A stretch of DNA of 62,747 nt, counting the filler, from Aduncisulcus paluster (Eukaryota), in NCBI GenBank assembly GCA_024181965.1. It is 5 parts of 5 records of this genome, joined end to end, with 100 filler letters (N's around TTAATTAATTAA, not from the genome) between each part and the next. Parts side by side here need not be neighbours in the genome. Positions count along the whole stretch, not along the records: positions 40,362 to 56,446 come from BQXS01012530.1; 4 more parts are not named here. One strand, 5' to 3'. The position numbers were made by a program, and so were the translations under genes. The notes beneath the pieces are model-generated. The model made no database searches. It saw only the letters and a list, made by a program, of their open reading frames with translations, and was not told where the DNA came from. Positions 44,396-56,546 of the stretch are shown here, in pieces. How positions within the stretch are numbered: position 1 is the stretch's first letter; every line of letters starts with the position of its first letter.

Positions 44396-45299
44396 TCGCA
44401 ATCTACGAGTTTCTCTTTAATATATTAGAAATTCAAAAAGATGAATAACATCTGACAGAATAAATGTAACGAATATGATATAAATATAATATAATAAAAA
44501 AAATATAAATAATCAACCAACACTAGTAAGCTTCAAAAGAGCCAAACCAAACAAACGCTCACAGAACAATAGAATAGAATAATTGAACATACAACAAAGA
44601 TATTATAAGCACTATATTAGATTTTATGAGCAAAAAGTACAATAGAATAATATGATTGCTTTCCAATGGCACCAAAAGGAGAACCAAAAACTAACGAAAT
44701 CATAAAAAGCGACTCTGGCACTCCTCAAGGATTATATGTCGTTCAACTTCATGCATTAAAAACTAGAAAATAATGAAGATGAGATTTTCGACGGTATCTT
44801 AATGTTTGTTTTGGATATCAGATTCTGATAATCAGAAAATGCATTTTTATTTTTTTATTGAAACAAATTATCAATGAACGAGATGGTCATCCATTTGTGA
44901 GCAATGAAACACTCAAACGGGTTAACATTGTAACGGCTCGGTGAATATTGAATATGTCAGGATGATATTTGTAAACAACCGATTGCCAGAATAAGAGTAA
45001 ATGACCATAATAGAACCAAAAATCGATCATCAATAGTCCCTTTTTAACAATTCTGCACAATACTTGCCTTTGGTTCGAATGATAAAAAAACTCACAAAGG
45101 AGAAACGTTTGTATTTGAGTTAGTTTTTCAAGATCTGAGATCGTATCATCTAACCAATTCTATTTTTAGACTCCTGAGGAAGATAAATACATTATTTTGA
45201 GATAAAACACTGAAATCATCTGAATAAACTCGATATTAATAGAATCACAGATCAGTATAGTGAGGTTCCAAGCAAATCAAATTGTCAAACAAACCTCCC

Positions 45300-48200
45300 T
45301 CAATAATATTGTGAAAATGTGTGGAAATTCTCCTGACTGAATCCATCAATTCCACCAAAGTCAGACATCTGAGAAAACTGACTCATCGGATCAATTGTGG
45401 CAAAGTCATCGCCAAGATGAGTCTGAGAAACATCATATTGCGCCGCTGTCAATTGGGACTGATGCTCAAACATGGAGATGGGATCAAATCCATCCATTGG
45501 AAACTGTCCAGGGAGTGCGTTTGAAGAGGAGTCCACAGGAGGAAGTTGTGGGACCTGTTCAATGTCAACGACAGCGGCACCCTCACCTTCATGCGACACT
45601 ACCGTCCCCTCCACAATATCGAGTTGTTGTATGCCCTCAGACATATCCTTGAGTTCCACCATACCTTTCCTTTCTTCACCTTCCATAACACCATCAGGGG
45701 GAGAGTAGTGTTTGTAAGGCCTTGTAATAATGGGAGTGCACACCTCTTTGTCATATGGTTTCAGGCCATCAACTTCTCCAGAGCAAATGCAGCCTTGGGT
45801 CTGGAAATGGACAATAAGAGAGTTCCACAGACCTTCCTTGCTAAGCATGTTAATGTTTCCAACAATAATGAGACCTCTACGTGCACGGGTTAGAGCAACA
45901 TTCAAACGACGGGGATCTTTCAGGAATCCAATGATCGGATACTTCTTGGAGTCGCTACTTCCGTCACTTCTGACACATGATAAGACAATGACCTCCTTTT
46001 CCCTCCCCTGGAATTCATCCACAGAGGCCACCTCAACCCCCTCGAATATCTCGGGGGGCACCGAAGGGAGAGAACAGCTCCGTTGGATGATATATTGTCT
46101 CTGGCCACTATAAGGAGTAATGACACCAATATCTTCACCACTCACCCCACTCGAACGGAGCTTGGCAACGAGATGAAGGACAGTGTCGGCTTCAGATCGG
46201 TTGACAAAAGAAGTTCCGGAGGAAGAAGTCTCCTCAACAGCAGAGTTATGGATAAACATCATAGGGACGTTCGGTTTAATAAAGACCTCGCTCACATTGC
46301 CGACAAGTTCACGTTCATGCTCAGTCACACCACTAACAAGAGCTCCCTCATAGAATTGTTGGGAAGGGAAAGTGGCCAAACGAGGGTGCATCCGGTACTG
46401 AACTTCAAGTCTAGAAGGACTCAAACCCATAAGAACAAGACGTTCGAACAAAGACATCGAGAATCCAGCACGACGAGCCTCTGGAACGTTAATGACAGGG
46501 CCCAATTGCCAATGATCTCCAACAAAGCACACTTGTTCAACACCGGGGCGCTTAAGAGGGATTAGAACTTGAGGTTCGGTGGCCTGAGTGGCCTCGTCAA
46601 CAAGGACACATCTGAACTCAGAGTTGGCGAGTACACCCCATCTGTCACAGTTGACACAGGTACTAACGACAACATGGGCCTTGTTACACATGTGCTCTTC
46701 AAACCTGTCAAGACTCTTACGGTAGTCCTTCTCTTCTTTCTCATTAAGCGGTCCAATACTACGTTTCTGTACGATTGAGTGGAACTTGGCAAGGTCAAGA
46801 GTGTTCTTGCTGAGAGGAGGTATTCCACGTGGAAGAGAAGAGGGTCTCCCTCTCCCTTTTTTCCTATCACCCCATTTCTTTCTCTCTCGTGTGCCCTCAC
46901 GCTCTCTCCCTTCCTCTCTATCTTGCTCCCTTTGCTCTTCTTCTAACTTCTTCATTTGTTCAACTTTCCTGGCAGCAGCAGCGGCTGACTTGAACACNNN
47001 NNNNNNNNNNNNNNNNNTCTTGCTGAGAGGAGGTATTCCACGTGGAAGAGAAGAGGGTCTCCCTCTCCCTTTTTTCCTATCACCCCATTTCTTTCTCTCT
47101 CGTGTGCCCTCACGCTCTCTCCCTTCCTCTCTATCTTGCTCCCTTTGCTCTTCTTCTAACTTCTTCATTTGTTCAACTTTCCTGGCAGCAGCAGCGGCTG
47201 ACTTGAACACAAGGGCATGCGCAGTGATGTTGATAACAGCATCATCGGTATCACCAACAGTCGCAGAAGACACGGATGGGGAGTATTCGTTGTTTTCTTT
47301 GAGCACACTCACGACACGGACAACACGAAGGCCAGTCTGTTTCAAACTACGGGCAAGATGGTCAGCAGCGACGTTGGATGGTGCACAGACAAGGATACGA
47401 TTGCGAGGACTGGAGAATGGAGGAATATGGAATTTTTTGTCGCGGAGAGAGCTCAAGAGTTCCTCAACAATGGCAGTACGAGGCACATGTTTCTCCTGCT
47501 TGATTCTTTCCTTGCACACACCACCAAGGACCATATTATAAACAATGGCTGTACTGACGGTTGTCTTACCGGTTCCAGGCGGTCCTTGGATTAGACTGAG
47601 AGGAGTCGACAAGGATGAGAGCATAGCCTTTTGCTGAGATATATTGAGAGGGGGAAGGTTCTTGATGCTCTTGAGACTATGGGCAATGTCCATACAACAC
47701 AGCACAGCCTCAGAGCCCCACTCAGAGATATGGGATGAGAGTCTGGCCATATCAGAGTGTAATTGTGATCTGGCTTGAACATATAGTTCGGATACTTTCT
47801 CTCGTTGCTCCTTGAAGTATTGGAACATCTTTTCCCACTCATCTTGATCATCGTCAATCTCATCTTCTCCACCTTCATGCCTCCGCATTCGATTACGCTC
47901 CAATTCACCCCACTGATACTGCTCCTCCTTCATCACAGCGTATTCCTCATCAACACCTTGTTTAATGAGACGCTTCGGCTCACCGCCATCGGGAATCATC
48001 GGAGAGTGACCAACAATGATGTTAGTGATACGCCAATTCATGTAACCAAGGATCACATGCTCTTTCTTGATTTTCTTTCGCAAATGACGAGGGAGTTGTT
48101 TCACTCTGACAGAACCTTTTCCAACAACACGCTCTTCTTCTTCCTCTTTCTCGCCTTCGAAGAGTTCATCTCCCTTGAAGTCAGTATCTTCGACAAGGAT

Positions 48201-49262
48201 CTCATCATCGTCATCCCTACTCTTCACTTGACGGAGAACATCTTTCATACGCTTAAAGGTCACCTCATTGGCAATTAGCTGTACGGTATAACCACTGCAA
48301 CGACTCAGGAAGGTTTTTATATGTTTTTTGGAGTCGAGTTTGTCAGGACCGATATCCTGCTGGCATTTTACATCTTGATCCCGCGAAATACTAACGATTA
48401 TAAAGGCCAGCTCAACTTTAGGACATAAATCTTCGTTACTAATGAGGACTCTTTGACCAATACTGATCAAGGCAGCATCGTTATGGGCAGCCCAGGTAAA
48501 ATTGGCAAGAACACATTCATTCTTGTTAATTTCCCAACAAATATGAACCTGAGAAGCCTTTTGTTGAGAAACAAGCTTGCTTTCATACACTTCTTCAACG
48601 TCAACAAGAGGACAAAACACTTCATAATACGCTTTAAAAGAAGGATAAGAGATACGAACGGGGAGTAATTGTCGAGTTTCAATATCTTCATCATCTAATG
48701 TTTCAATGGTAGCTTTGGGGTTATGAATCCAGGCTTCCTCCAATTTGATCATTTCAGATATTTTAAGAGGGTTGGCCTCTTCGATAGCATCAGGAAAGGG
48801 CATAGCAGCAAACCATTCCTGTAAAGCATTTTGATTAATGATAGGCCGCCAAGTTTTAATGTCCCAACAATCATCTCCAGGATCATTGGCAATAACACAA
48901 CGATCACGACATATCATAAGAATAGCTTGGTCTTTTTTATGTTCAACAATTCCTAACGAAAACACGTTGCTATTTTTACAATTGAAACACTGTAATTTAG
49001 CCTCTCCAAGAGGAGATTGAGGGTGGAGTGAACATTGTTTATGATGGGACTTACGAAAATGGAAAACGGCATGGGAAAGTTTTGAACCAAACCTTCCATT
49101 ACAAAACCACTTGTTACAAATATCACAATGGACAAGAGCACTTGGCTGCGAGAGACCACAATAGGCACAACACACTGAGCAGGTTTCGCAATCACTATGA
49201 TCATCAGAATGAATCCCATCACCAGGTTCAGTATCACCATGAGAATGGGAAGATGGTTCCAT
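45300..49262 (-). CDS. UPF1: UPF1 nonsense-mediated decay RNA helicase (about 1249 aa after removing the 213-nt gap duplication)
   Basis: CH domain CAYCG..CNKWFCNG..SH..H..LHP.SPLG..LQCFNC; SF1 motifs IQGPPGTGKT, CAPSNVAAD, DEATQ, GDHWQLGP, QYRMHP, VDEFQGREK, RRLNVALTRAR. Confidence 0.95.
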   Translation of the reverse strand: MEPSSHSHGDTEPGDGIHSDDHSDCETCSVCCAYCGLSQPSALVHCDICNKWFCNGRFGSKLSHAVFHFRKSHHKQCSLHPQSPLGEAKLQCFNCKNSNVFSLGIVEHKKDQAILMICRDRCVIANDPGDDCWDIKTWRPIINQNALQEWFAAMPFPDAIEEANPLKISEMIKLEEAWIHNPKATIETLDDEDIETRQLLPVRISYPSFKAYYEVFCPLVDVEEVYESKLVSQQKASQVHICWEINKNECVLANFTWAAHNDAALISIGQRVLISNEDLCPKVELAFIIVSISRDQDVKCQQDIGPDKLDSKKHIKTFLSRCSGYTVQLIANEVTFKRMKDVLRQVKSRDDDDEILVEDTDFKGDELFEGEKEEEEERVVGKGSVRVKQLPRHLRKKIKKEHVILGYMNWRITNIIVGHSPMIPDGGEPKRLIKQGVDEEYAVMKEEQYQWGELERNRMRRHEGGEDEIDDDQDEWEKMFQYFKEQREKVSELYVQARSQLHSDMARLSSHISEWGSEAVLCCMDIAHSLKSIKNLPPLNISQQKAMLSSLSTPLSLIQGPPGTGKTTVSTAIVYNMVLGGVCKERIKQEKHVPRTAIVEELLSSLRDKKFHIPPFSSPRNRILVCAPSNVAADHLARSLKQTGLRVVRVVSVLKENNEYSPSVSSATVGDTDDAVINITAHALVFKSAAAAARKVEQMKKLEEEQREQDREEGREREGTRERKKWGDRKKGRGRPSSLPRGIPPLSKXXXXXXXVFKSAAAAARKVEQMKKLEEEQREQDREEGREREGTRERKKWGDRKKGRGRPSSLPRGIPPLSKNTLDLAKFHSIVQKRSIGPLNEKEEKDYRKSLDRFEEHMCNKAHVVVSTCVNCDRWGVLANSEFRCVLVDEATQATEPQVLIPLKRPGVEQVCFVGDHWQLGPVINVPEARRAGFSMSLFERLVLMGLSPSRLEVQYRMHPRLATFPSQQFYEGALVSGVTEHERELVGNVSEVFIKPNVPMMFIHNSAVEETSSSGTSFVNRSEADTVLHLVAKLRSSGVSGEDIGVITPYSGQRQYIIQRSCSLPSVPPEIFEGVEVASVDEFQGREKEVIVLSCVRSDGSSDSKKYPIIGFLKDPRRLNVALTRARRGLIIVGNINMLSKEGLWNSLIVHFQTQGCICSGEVDGLKPYDKEVCTPIITRPYKHYSPPDGVMEGEERKGMVELKDMSEGIQQLDIVEGTVVSHEGEGAAVVDIEQVPQLPPVDSSSNALPGQFPMDGFDPISMFEHQSQLTAAQYDVSQTHLGDDFATIDPMSQFSQMSDFGGIDGFSQENFHTFSQYY

Positions 49263-49512
49263 AATCTTTTCGAGTCAAAAGAACGAAAATGAGTTCTTGA
49301 ATTGATTTGTTCTTTCGAAGTGGAATCAGAGCATGTCCAACAAATATTTTAAAATAAATGTATTATCGAATTTATTTCGTTGCTTATTTTTCAAATTGGC
49401 CAACCAAAAACCTAGATTCAGGCGAAAATATCCAAAACGAGCATAGGCGCAATATTATCAATATGAATTATATTTAATCAATTTACTCGCCATTTTATCG
49501 TGAACTACGTTA

Positions 49513-51228
49513 TTAATGCACAATTTCTAATTCTTGCAAATCAACTAATCGACAACGGAAATCATCTTGTTCCAAGAAATTAACTGTAGCATCAGTTCCG
49601 GAAATAGTAACAACCTCTCCGACACTCATGGCACTGATAGTTCCCCAACCGTAAGCTGGAGTAATGTCAGGCTTAACTCTGACACGAGATCCAACAATAG
49701 GAGTGGCAGCGGTTGGTCTAAGAGATGTTCCAAAGTACTCAATAATTTCGGTTGAAGAAGGAGCAGCAGCTCCAAGAGAAGCAGCGATAGCACTAGTGAG
49801 GCCAGCGGTGGTGAGACCAGCTCCCAAGAGACCCATGTCCACATCACCAGCAACTTCAGTCTCGATTAGAGCCTCAAGACCTCCACCAACGACATCATGT
49901 CTGAAAATGTCATCATCCTTGACATCTTCCTCCTCCTCCTTGTCGGCAAACATGGCGTCAAGGTCAGCCTTCTCACCTTCCTCTTCCTCTTCCTTGTCTT
50001 CCTTTTCCTCTTCTTCCTTCTCATCTTCAACTCCAGTCATGGCAGATCCCATGTCTTCAACAAGGTCCTCTCCTCCAAGAAGGAAAGCAGCAAGGCCAAG
50101 CATTCCATCGTCTCCAAGAGTCTCACTGAGATCCATAGCAGTAGCCTTGGCGGGATCGCTGAGAATCTGGCGGTAAAGGCCACATTTGCTATCAACAGTG
50201 GTACTACCGGAGGCAGCAATCTTCAGAGTGGTGGAATCAAGCTCCTGATCTTCACTTTCCATGTTAGCAGAGATGACAGCAGTAATGTAAGATTGTAACA
50301 TGGTGATAATGGGTTTACAGCCAAGGAACTTAGCAACCTTGAAGATATCACAAGCGGCCTTATCAAGAATAATCTCACTGAAGGCACTCTTGTCAGTGGA
50401 ACCCTTGTTTTCAGGAGCCTTCATGAAAGCCTGGAGAGAAGATACAGCATCCTCAGTCTTCCTCAACCTTCTAACAATGATTTCGGGCTCACCAGAGTAA
50501 ATATATTGGACAACGGCTGTAATAGCAGGGGCTTCAAATTTGGAAAGATCCAACAAATGGCCATTTCCTTCTTCATCAGGTCTGATATGACCCATGACGG
50601 ATCTACAGCGGATAGCAAGAGGGAACAAGTGGGCGGGAAGGATCTCGCCACCTTTGGTAAGAATCTTTACATCAGTAGGAGGTCCGCGAATGATATGAGT
50701 GGCTCTAGTCTTCCTGTATTCCTCAGGAATAGAAAATTTGACATCCTTGTGGAAAGCACGAGCATGGAAAGCACGGCGTACAGTGAAAACATTGTGCGAA
50801 ATCTCGAGAAGAAGTTGTCTAACTCTTGTGTTGACACCACCCTGAAAATTTGACTCAATAGTGATAATAATACTCTCGGTTCCCTTGAATTTAGGGAGAG
50901 CTAACACATGATAGGCAGTAGAGTTAGAAAGAGCAAATGATACAGTTCTAAAGTCTCTTCCAGATCTTTTTTCACATTTAACAGTAACTCTACTGGGTTG
51001 ATAGGAACCGTCATCGGATGATGTGTACATTAATATATTTTTAATGACACGAGTCTTTGGAGGAACAATTGTAATCACTTTGGAACCGTTACTTTGCCAA
51101 TATGAACCGGTTGATCCATCAGACAACCTTCCAGCTTGGTCTTGACTAGTAGCGGCGGTAACTGAATATTCTGAACGCTTAAGGAGTTTTGACTCCTCAG
51201 GTTTTTCTGTAAGGGTTGGAACCTGCAT
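49513..51228 (-). CDS. DOC/APC10 + BTB + HERC2/KEG-type SH3-like domain protein, paralog 2
   Basis: YWQSNGS..DGSYQPSRV..SNFQGGVNTRVRQL (DOC); TDVKILTKGGEILPAHLFPLAIRC..VVQYIYSG (BTB); VGSRVRVKPDITPAYGWGTISAMSVGEV..VNF (SH3-like). Confidence 0.78.
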   Translation of the reverse strand: MQVPTLTEKPEESKLLKRSEYSVTAATSQDQAGRLSDGSTGSYWQSNGSKVITIVPPKTRVIKNILMYTSSDDGSYQPSRVTVKCEKRSGRDFRTVSFALSNSTAYHVLALPKFKGTESIIITIESNFQGGVNTRVRQLLLEISHNVFTVRRAFHARAFHKDVKFSIPEEYRKTRATHIIRGPPTDVKILTKGGEILPAHLFPLAIRCRSVMGHIRPDEEGNGHLLDLSKFEAPAITAVVQYIYSGEPEIIVRRLRKTEDAVSSLQAFMKAPENKGSTDKSAFSEIILDKAACDIFKVAKFLGCKPIITMLQSYITAVISANMESEDQELDSTTLKIAASGSTTVDSKCGLYRQILSDPAKATAMDLSETLGDDGMLGLAAFLLGGEDLVEDMGSAMTGVEDEKEEEEKEDKEEEEEGEKADLDAMFADKEEEEDVKDDDIFRHDVVGGGLEALIETEVAGDVDMGLLGAGLTTAGLTSAIAASLGAAAPSSTEIIEYFGTSLRPTAATPIVGSRVRVKPDITPAYGWGTISAMSVGEVVTISGTDATVNFLEQDDFRCRLVDLQELEIVH

Positions 51229-51853
51229 TATTAAGGCTTCGCTGTAGTCAAAACAAGCGAATAGAAAATGGCAACAGAATAAGCAAAGACAAATTGTTCC
51301 AATGGATAGAAAGCGAAGGAAAAAAATTTAAAAATATTTTGAATTAAATAAATAAATCCAAGAAGAACGTTTATGTCATGGCTAGTCTACTGATTAGACC
51401 ATTTCTTTTCTGGAAGGATTCTGAGAGATATAAGATATTTTTGAAACTAATTTCATTATTTATGATTTGATAGTATCATTTTATTATCAAATAATAATGT
51501 ATTAAATCGAAATATCTATTTTCTGATGCTCCAGATTTCTGTCACTGGATCTCGAGATTTTATGGATGCTAATTCAACATTTCAAGAATATCAATGCAAA
51601 CCAAAGCTAAACACCATGTTTTCCCTCATATAAATTTTATAATAGTCATATTCAAGAAGTTGAAAGATACTTTCGGTAGTATCTCGGAAGATTCAATTTA
51701 TTTCGAAATTTGTTTTGCATTTTTGTGCATATATTCTGATAATTTGATAAGAATTCTGAAATAATTCCTAAATTTCTTCTTATCTATAAAAATTCAATAA
51801 AAATTTCGTTGTTTTGTTGGAACTACACTTAATTTCTTTATGATATTTAATTA

Positions 51854-54800
51854 ATGGAAGCCGGTCTTGTGTTTCATTGTATTATTCCGAGTTCTTTTTG
51901 TGTTCTATCATCTCTGTGTACGCAAGATTCAATATTATGTCCTCTATCATCTTCTCTCTGTTATTGGAATTTAAAAACAAATGATCAAGTTTTAATTACG
52001 CCAAATAGACCTTTTACTTCCTCCCCAATACATGTTCATTGCCTTTCTTCGTCAGATACCTTTGCTTTTGGATCTAGTGGAGGCTACTTGCTTAAAATTG
52101 ATATGCAGAAGAAATTTATTGATACCCAAATGAAAGTAACAGAAGAAAACATTGTTTGTATGGCTTGTTCAGCTTCTGATATATATATTGCAATCTGTAC
52201 AATGTCTTCTCTCCTCCTTTTTTCAGGTTCGACTTTCAAACTTTTAGCCAAGATTTCTCTCGAAATTGGTATTCCTCAATGCGTATACTTCCATGAAAAT
52301 TCCTCAAAAGTTGGTGTTATTATCAGGGAAAGAGGTATATCGATCAAAGAATTTGACATTAAAAAGACTCTCGTTGGGATAGTTCAACAATATACTCCTG
52401 TTCATGTGTCCATGGATCCCGACAATCCATCTGTTCGAGTGTATTTTTCACCTGCGACCACATCTCATCTTCCCATACTTTCTCGAGAGCACCCTCAAGC
52501 TTCTCCACTTCCATCGAAAACCATTGGTAGTTTAATATCCTCTGGGTCAAGAAACCCTGGCTCTTCCTATTCATACAAACAGGAAGTGAAGAGTTCAATC
52601 CCAGCTCTGCGTCCAGGAGTCGTATCAACAGCTGACATTGCATCCGCCATTTTCACTCAAACACACTCTCTTCCATCTGTCTTTGATAAAACTTCGCAGA
52701 TGTCCCGAAAATCTATGTATTATCCGGGGTCATCCGTGTCATCATATCAACAAAGGTCCTCCAGAGGAACTCCCAGCTCTCAACCCTCTCCGTCATCATT
52801 GTTTCTGGATATTATCTACCACAACGGTATAATTATCGCTATTACATGCGAACAAGTATATTTGTATGAGCCAAGATCCGGAGTGGTGCTTAAGAAACGC
52901 CACATTGATGAAATGAGTGGAAAAGGACTAATAACATCCGTAGGCTGTTCAAAAGCAAAGACATCACGATCATACACATATCTGGACCTTAAAAAGGAAG
53001 GTTCCCATGAAAATCCTAAGCGAAGACTCTGTCTTGGTCGAAGTGATGGTTCTGTCATCCTTCTCGACTGTAACTCACTGGACATTCTGATGGATATTCA
53101 CCCTCCAAGTGACCTTCGAAAGGAAGTAGACGGTTCTGAAAGTGTATGCTGCGTGTCTTACATCTCATTCTTCTCTCTAACCCGTATTATTGTTGTCTAT
53201 GATGACGGTCTGATGGTGGTCTACGACATTTCGAATTCTATTCATGTGGCCTGTCTTCTAGTCACTCACACCTTCACGGGGAATACGCTGCCAGTATCAA
53301 TGTGCGGTAGAATGGTCCAAGAGGCATATAAAGGTGATATTGCAGGCAGTGGAGGAGTCTGCGTGTGGGATGAGACAGGCTCTGGCGTGTGTGGTTGGGG
53401 TGACGAATCAAAGGAGAGAGCGATCGATACAGAGGAAGGAATGGAATCAGGAAAGTTCAAGAGGTTGGATAAAGTGAACTTTGTGGCGACTCACAGTGAC
53501 GGAATGAAACAGGTAATATGCACTCAAAGGGGATTTATATTCTCAATGAAATATGACATTGCAGCAGCTAAAATGAGAATCGAACACACATATTGCATAA
53601 GTCTTCCTGTTCTCTGCGTCTGTATATCTCCTTGTGGTCGTTTTGTTATTGCTTCGACTCATAGCCACATCCATATATTGAGTTTCCAGCTCATTCCTCT
53701 CTCAACTCACAGTGTATCCATGGGATTTACAAGTATCCGCACTTTCCAAGCCTCTACTCCATTCCATGGAGCCATTTCTCCCCATTGGTCTGATTCCCCC
53801 AGTCAAACTTTATTCTATATTCTTTGTGGATCTCATTTATCAAGAACTTTACATGTGTCTGCGGTATCTGTTCGTCATGTAAAAGAGGAGGATGGAGTTG
53901 CTGTTCACGCATCGTTTCAGCATTTACTACACGTATTAAAGGCTAAACCAGACTCTAAACCGGGAGATAGCCCATTCATGAGCAAAGAAAAGGATATTCT
54001 TGGGTCATCAGCTCCTTTCTTCACCCTCTCACAGTCTCAGAAAGATACAGTTGATCCTTCGAAGAAAAGAACGGATAGAATGCGAAACATGATGAAAAAT
54101 GCTGTTAATTGTTTAGAATTGACACAGATATCTGCTTTTGGTCTCCCTTCTCCAACTTTCCCTTCTTTCATTTCATCCTCCCTGACACATTCTTCCTCTC
54201 ACTATTCGAATAACCTTTTAAATGGTCAACTTTTCATTCATCCAAGTGGTCTATTCGCTTTTATTCCTACTCATCATTGTCTGTTCATCATATCTTTGCC
54301 ATTTCTCTCTGTTGTTGCCAAGTTTCAGTTTGGTTGTTCATGCATCGTTTCAGCATTTACTACACGTATTAAAGGCTAAACCAGACTCTAAACCGGGAGA
54401 TAGCCCATTCATGAGCAAAGAAAAGGATATTCTTGGGTCATCAGCTCCTTTCTTCACCCTCTCACAGTCTCAGAAAGATACAGTTGATCCTTCGAAGAAA
54501 AGAACGGATAGAATGCGAAACATGATGAAAAATGCTGTTAATTGTTTAGAATTGACACAGATATCTGCTTTTGGTCTCCCTTCTCCAACTTTCCCTTCTT
54601 TCATTTCATCCTCCCTGACACATTCTTCCTCTCACTATTCGAATAACCTTTTAAATGGTCAACTTTTCATTCATCCAAGTGGTCTATTCGCTTTTATTCC
54701 TACTCATCATTGTCTGTTCATCATATCTTTGCCATTTCTCTCTGTTGTTGCCAAGTTTCAGTTTGGTTGTTCATGCATCAGTGCGAGTTATGATAATTGT

Positions 54801-56446
54801 CTCGTTGACACCGATGAATCAGGTCTATATACGGCATTACTGCTCCCCACCGAGACCAAATCGATGAGGGTGACAAAGCTGGTTGTGTTTGAGACAGGTA
54901 CCATGAGAGTTGTCGGTGGGATCGCCTCCATCCCTCGAATATACACCACCAAGGATGGATTGAACCAATCATTGTCTCATTTCACCTCTTCTTCTTACTC
55001 CTCCTCTCAGACAACATCTATGGCTGTGAAACAACCCCACCTGAATGTTTCTTTTCATCACAATAGACTCTACGTGAGCAGCGGCGGTGGAGTACTTGTC
55101 TATGCACTTGTTGGGAAAGGAATTCTCCAAACATTGAAGAAATGGAGCTCATTTGGTAGGAAATATGATTTGCAACAAGTGAGGCGGATGTGGGAAAAGA
55201 TTCCATTCTCGTCATCCTCTATAAAGGAAGAAGAACAGCCTCACATTGATCAAACTCGAGATATCGCACAATCTGGAGGTTCTTCTCAATATATACCTTC
55301 CTCAATCCCATCTACCATACCGATTCGCCCAAAAATAGACACTCCTCAACAGGATAAGGTTCAAATTAGCTCTCAATTTCATTCTGAGGAAGGAAGTAGT
55401 CCTAAAAAACCACTTGGTGTTGATAAACTTCCTTTTCCTTCGGTTGTAGCCGAAAGACATCGTCAAAAATCTGCAGATTTTAGAGCTTATGTTGCTTCCC
55501 AATCCAAAACAAACCCTATCCGAGTTCAAGCATATTCAAAAACAGATAAACAGGCTGTTAACAAGCTTATGAATGGTACAACCTCTGTTTATGTGACTCC
55601 AAACTACTATTATTCATCTCAATACCCCACTCCAAGTCCCAAATTGAAAGAGAAAGAAAAATCTTCGAAACTTGGTTTGTCTCAAACAACGCCTATAGAT
55701 TCATCTCCTGGTAGAGAAGCAGTCATTCCACTGAGTCAAACCATTTCCTCTCCCTCACATGCTCGACAGACGGGTCAAACTCACCCATCGCAATCATCTC
55801 AATCACCTCCAGTTAGATATCCTCCTCAAGCCCTTTCGAATAGTACAAGAAACCCCATTCCTTTGTCCTATCCTTCTGGATTGAAACACCAACGACCTTC
55901 TTCTTTCTCACCTTATTCAAAAAATAGATATAATACAACTACTGGACCCATAGGTATTGATTCTTATCAAAGACAAGGGCGGCTAAGTCAGTATCCTTAT
56001 GAGAGTTCCCAACAACAGTATCATGAACCCTCCATAATAGACATTGAGAAACAGCACATATCTCAACCGATTGTTCATTCTCACCCCATCGAACAGGATC
56101 CTCCTCCTCAAGCTTTCCTTAAGTCAGTTGATAGAATGCCTCGTGACTCTCTTTCCAAGAACTCTTCACTTGTTAGCACCAATATGACAACAACCTTTAA
56201 TTCACTTCCAACACGCCAAGAGTCCCCCACTATTCCAAATAATCCTCCACAATTTGGACAAATCCCCTCTCAAGATACAACTCAAACACTCACCCTCTCT
56301 TCCCGACAAGATCCTTCTGGAATCAGTGGGAAAAGCTCTGATGAAATTGTGTATGTTCAATGGGGTGGAATGGAAAAAGAGGAAACTGTTGAGAAAATGA
56401 TGAGTGAAACTCATGGAGGTATGTCTGTTCTTGATGCGAGTTATGA
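51854..56446 (+). CDS. Large divergent WD40/beta-propeller protein with S/P/Q-rich tail (interrupted by a 433-nt tandem duplication; 3' end cut)
   Basis: Beta-rich repeats (VCISPCGRFVI, IHPSGLF, LCLGRSDGSVILLD, VCVWD). Two long ORFs overlap through the duplicated segment. Confidence 0.6.
53910..54778 (+). repeat. Direct tandem duplication, 433-nt unit
   Basis: catcgtttcagcatttactacacg... occurs at 53910 and 54343; the junction shows TGTTCA(C/T)GCATC microhomology. Confidence 0.9.
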
Positions 56447-56546
56447 NNNNNNNNNNNNNNNNNNNNNNNNNNNNNNNNNNNNNNNNNNNNTTAATTAATT
56501 AANNNNNNNNNNNNNNNNNNNNNNNNNNNNNNNNNNNNNNNNNNNN
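56447..56546. other. Artificial contig linker
   Basis: TTAATTAATTAA at 56491-56502 within Ns. Confidence 0.97.

Noticed and set aside
13835..56502. Recurrent palindromic TTAATTAATTAA motif (four copies)
   Set aside because: Always centred in 100-nt N blocks; an artificial six-frame-stop contig linker. Gene neighbourhoods across it carry no meaning.
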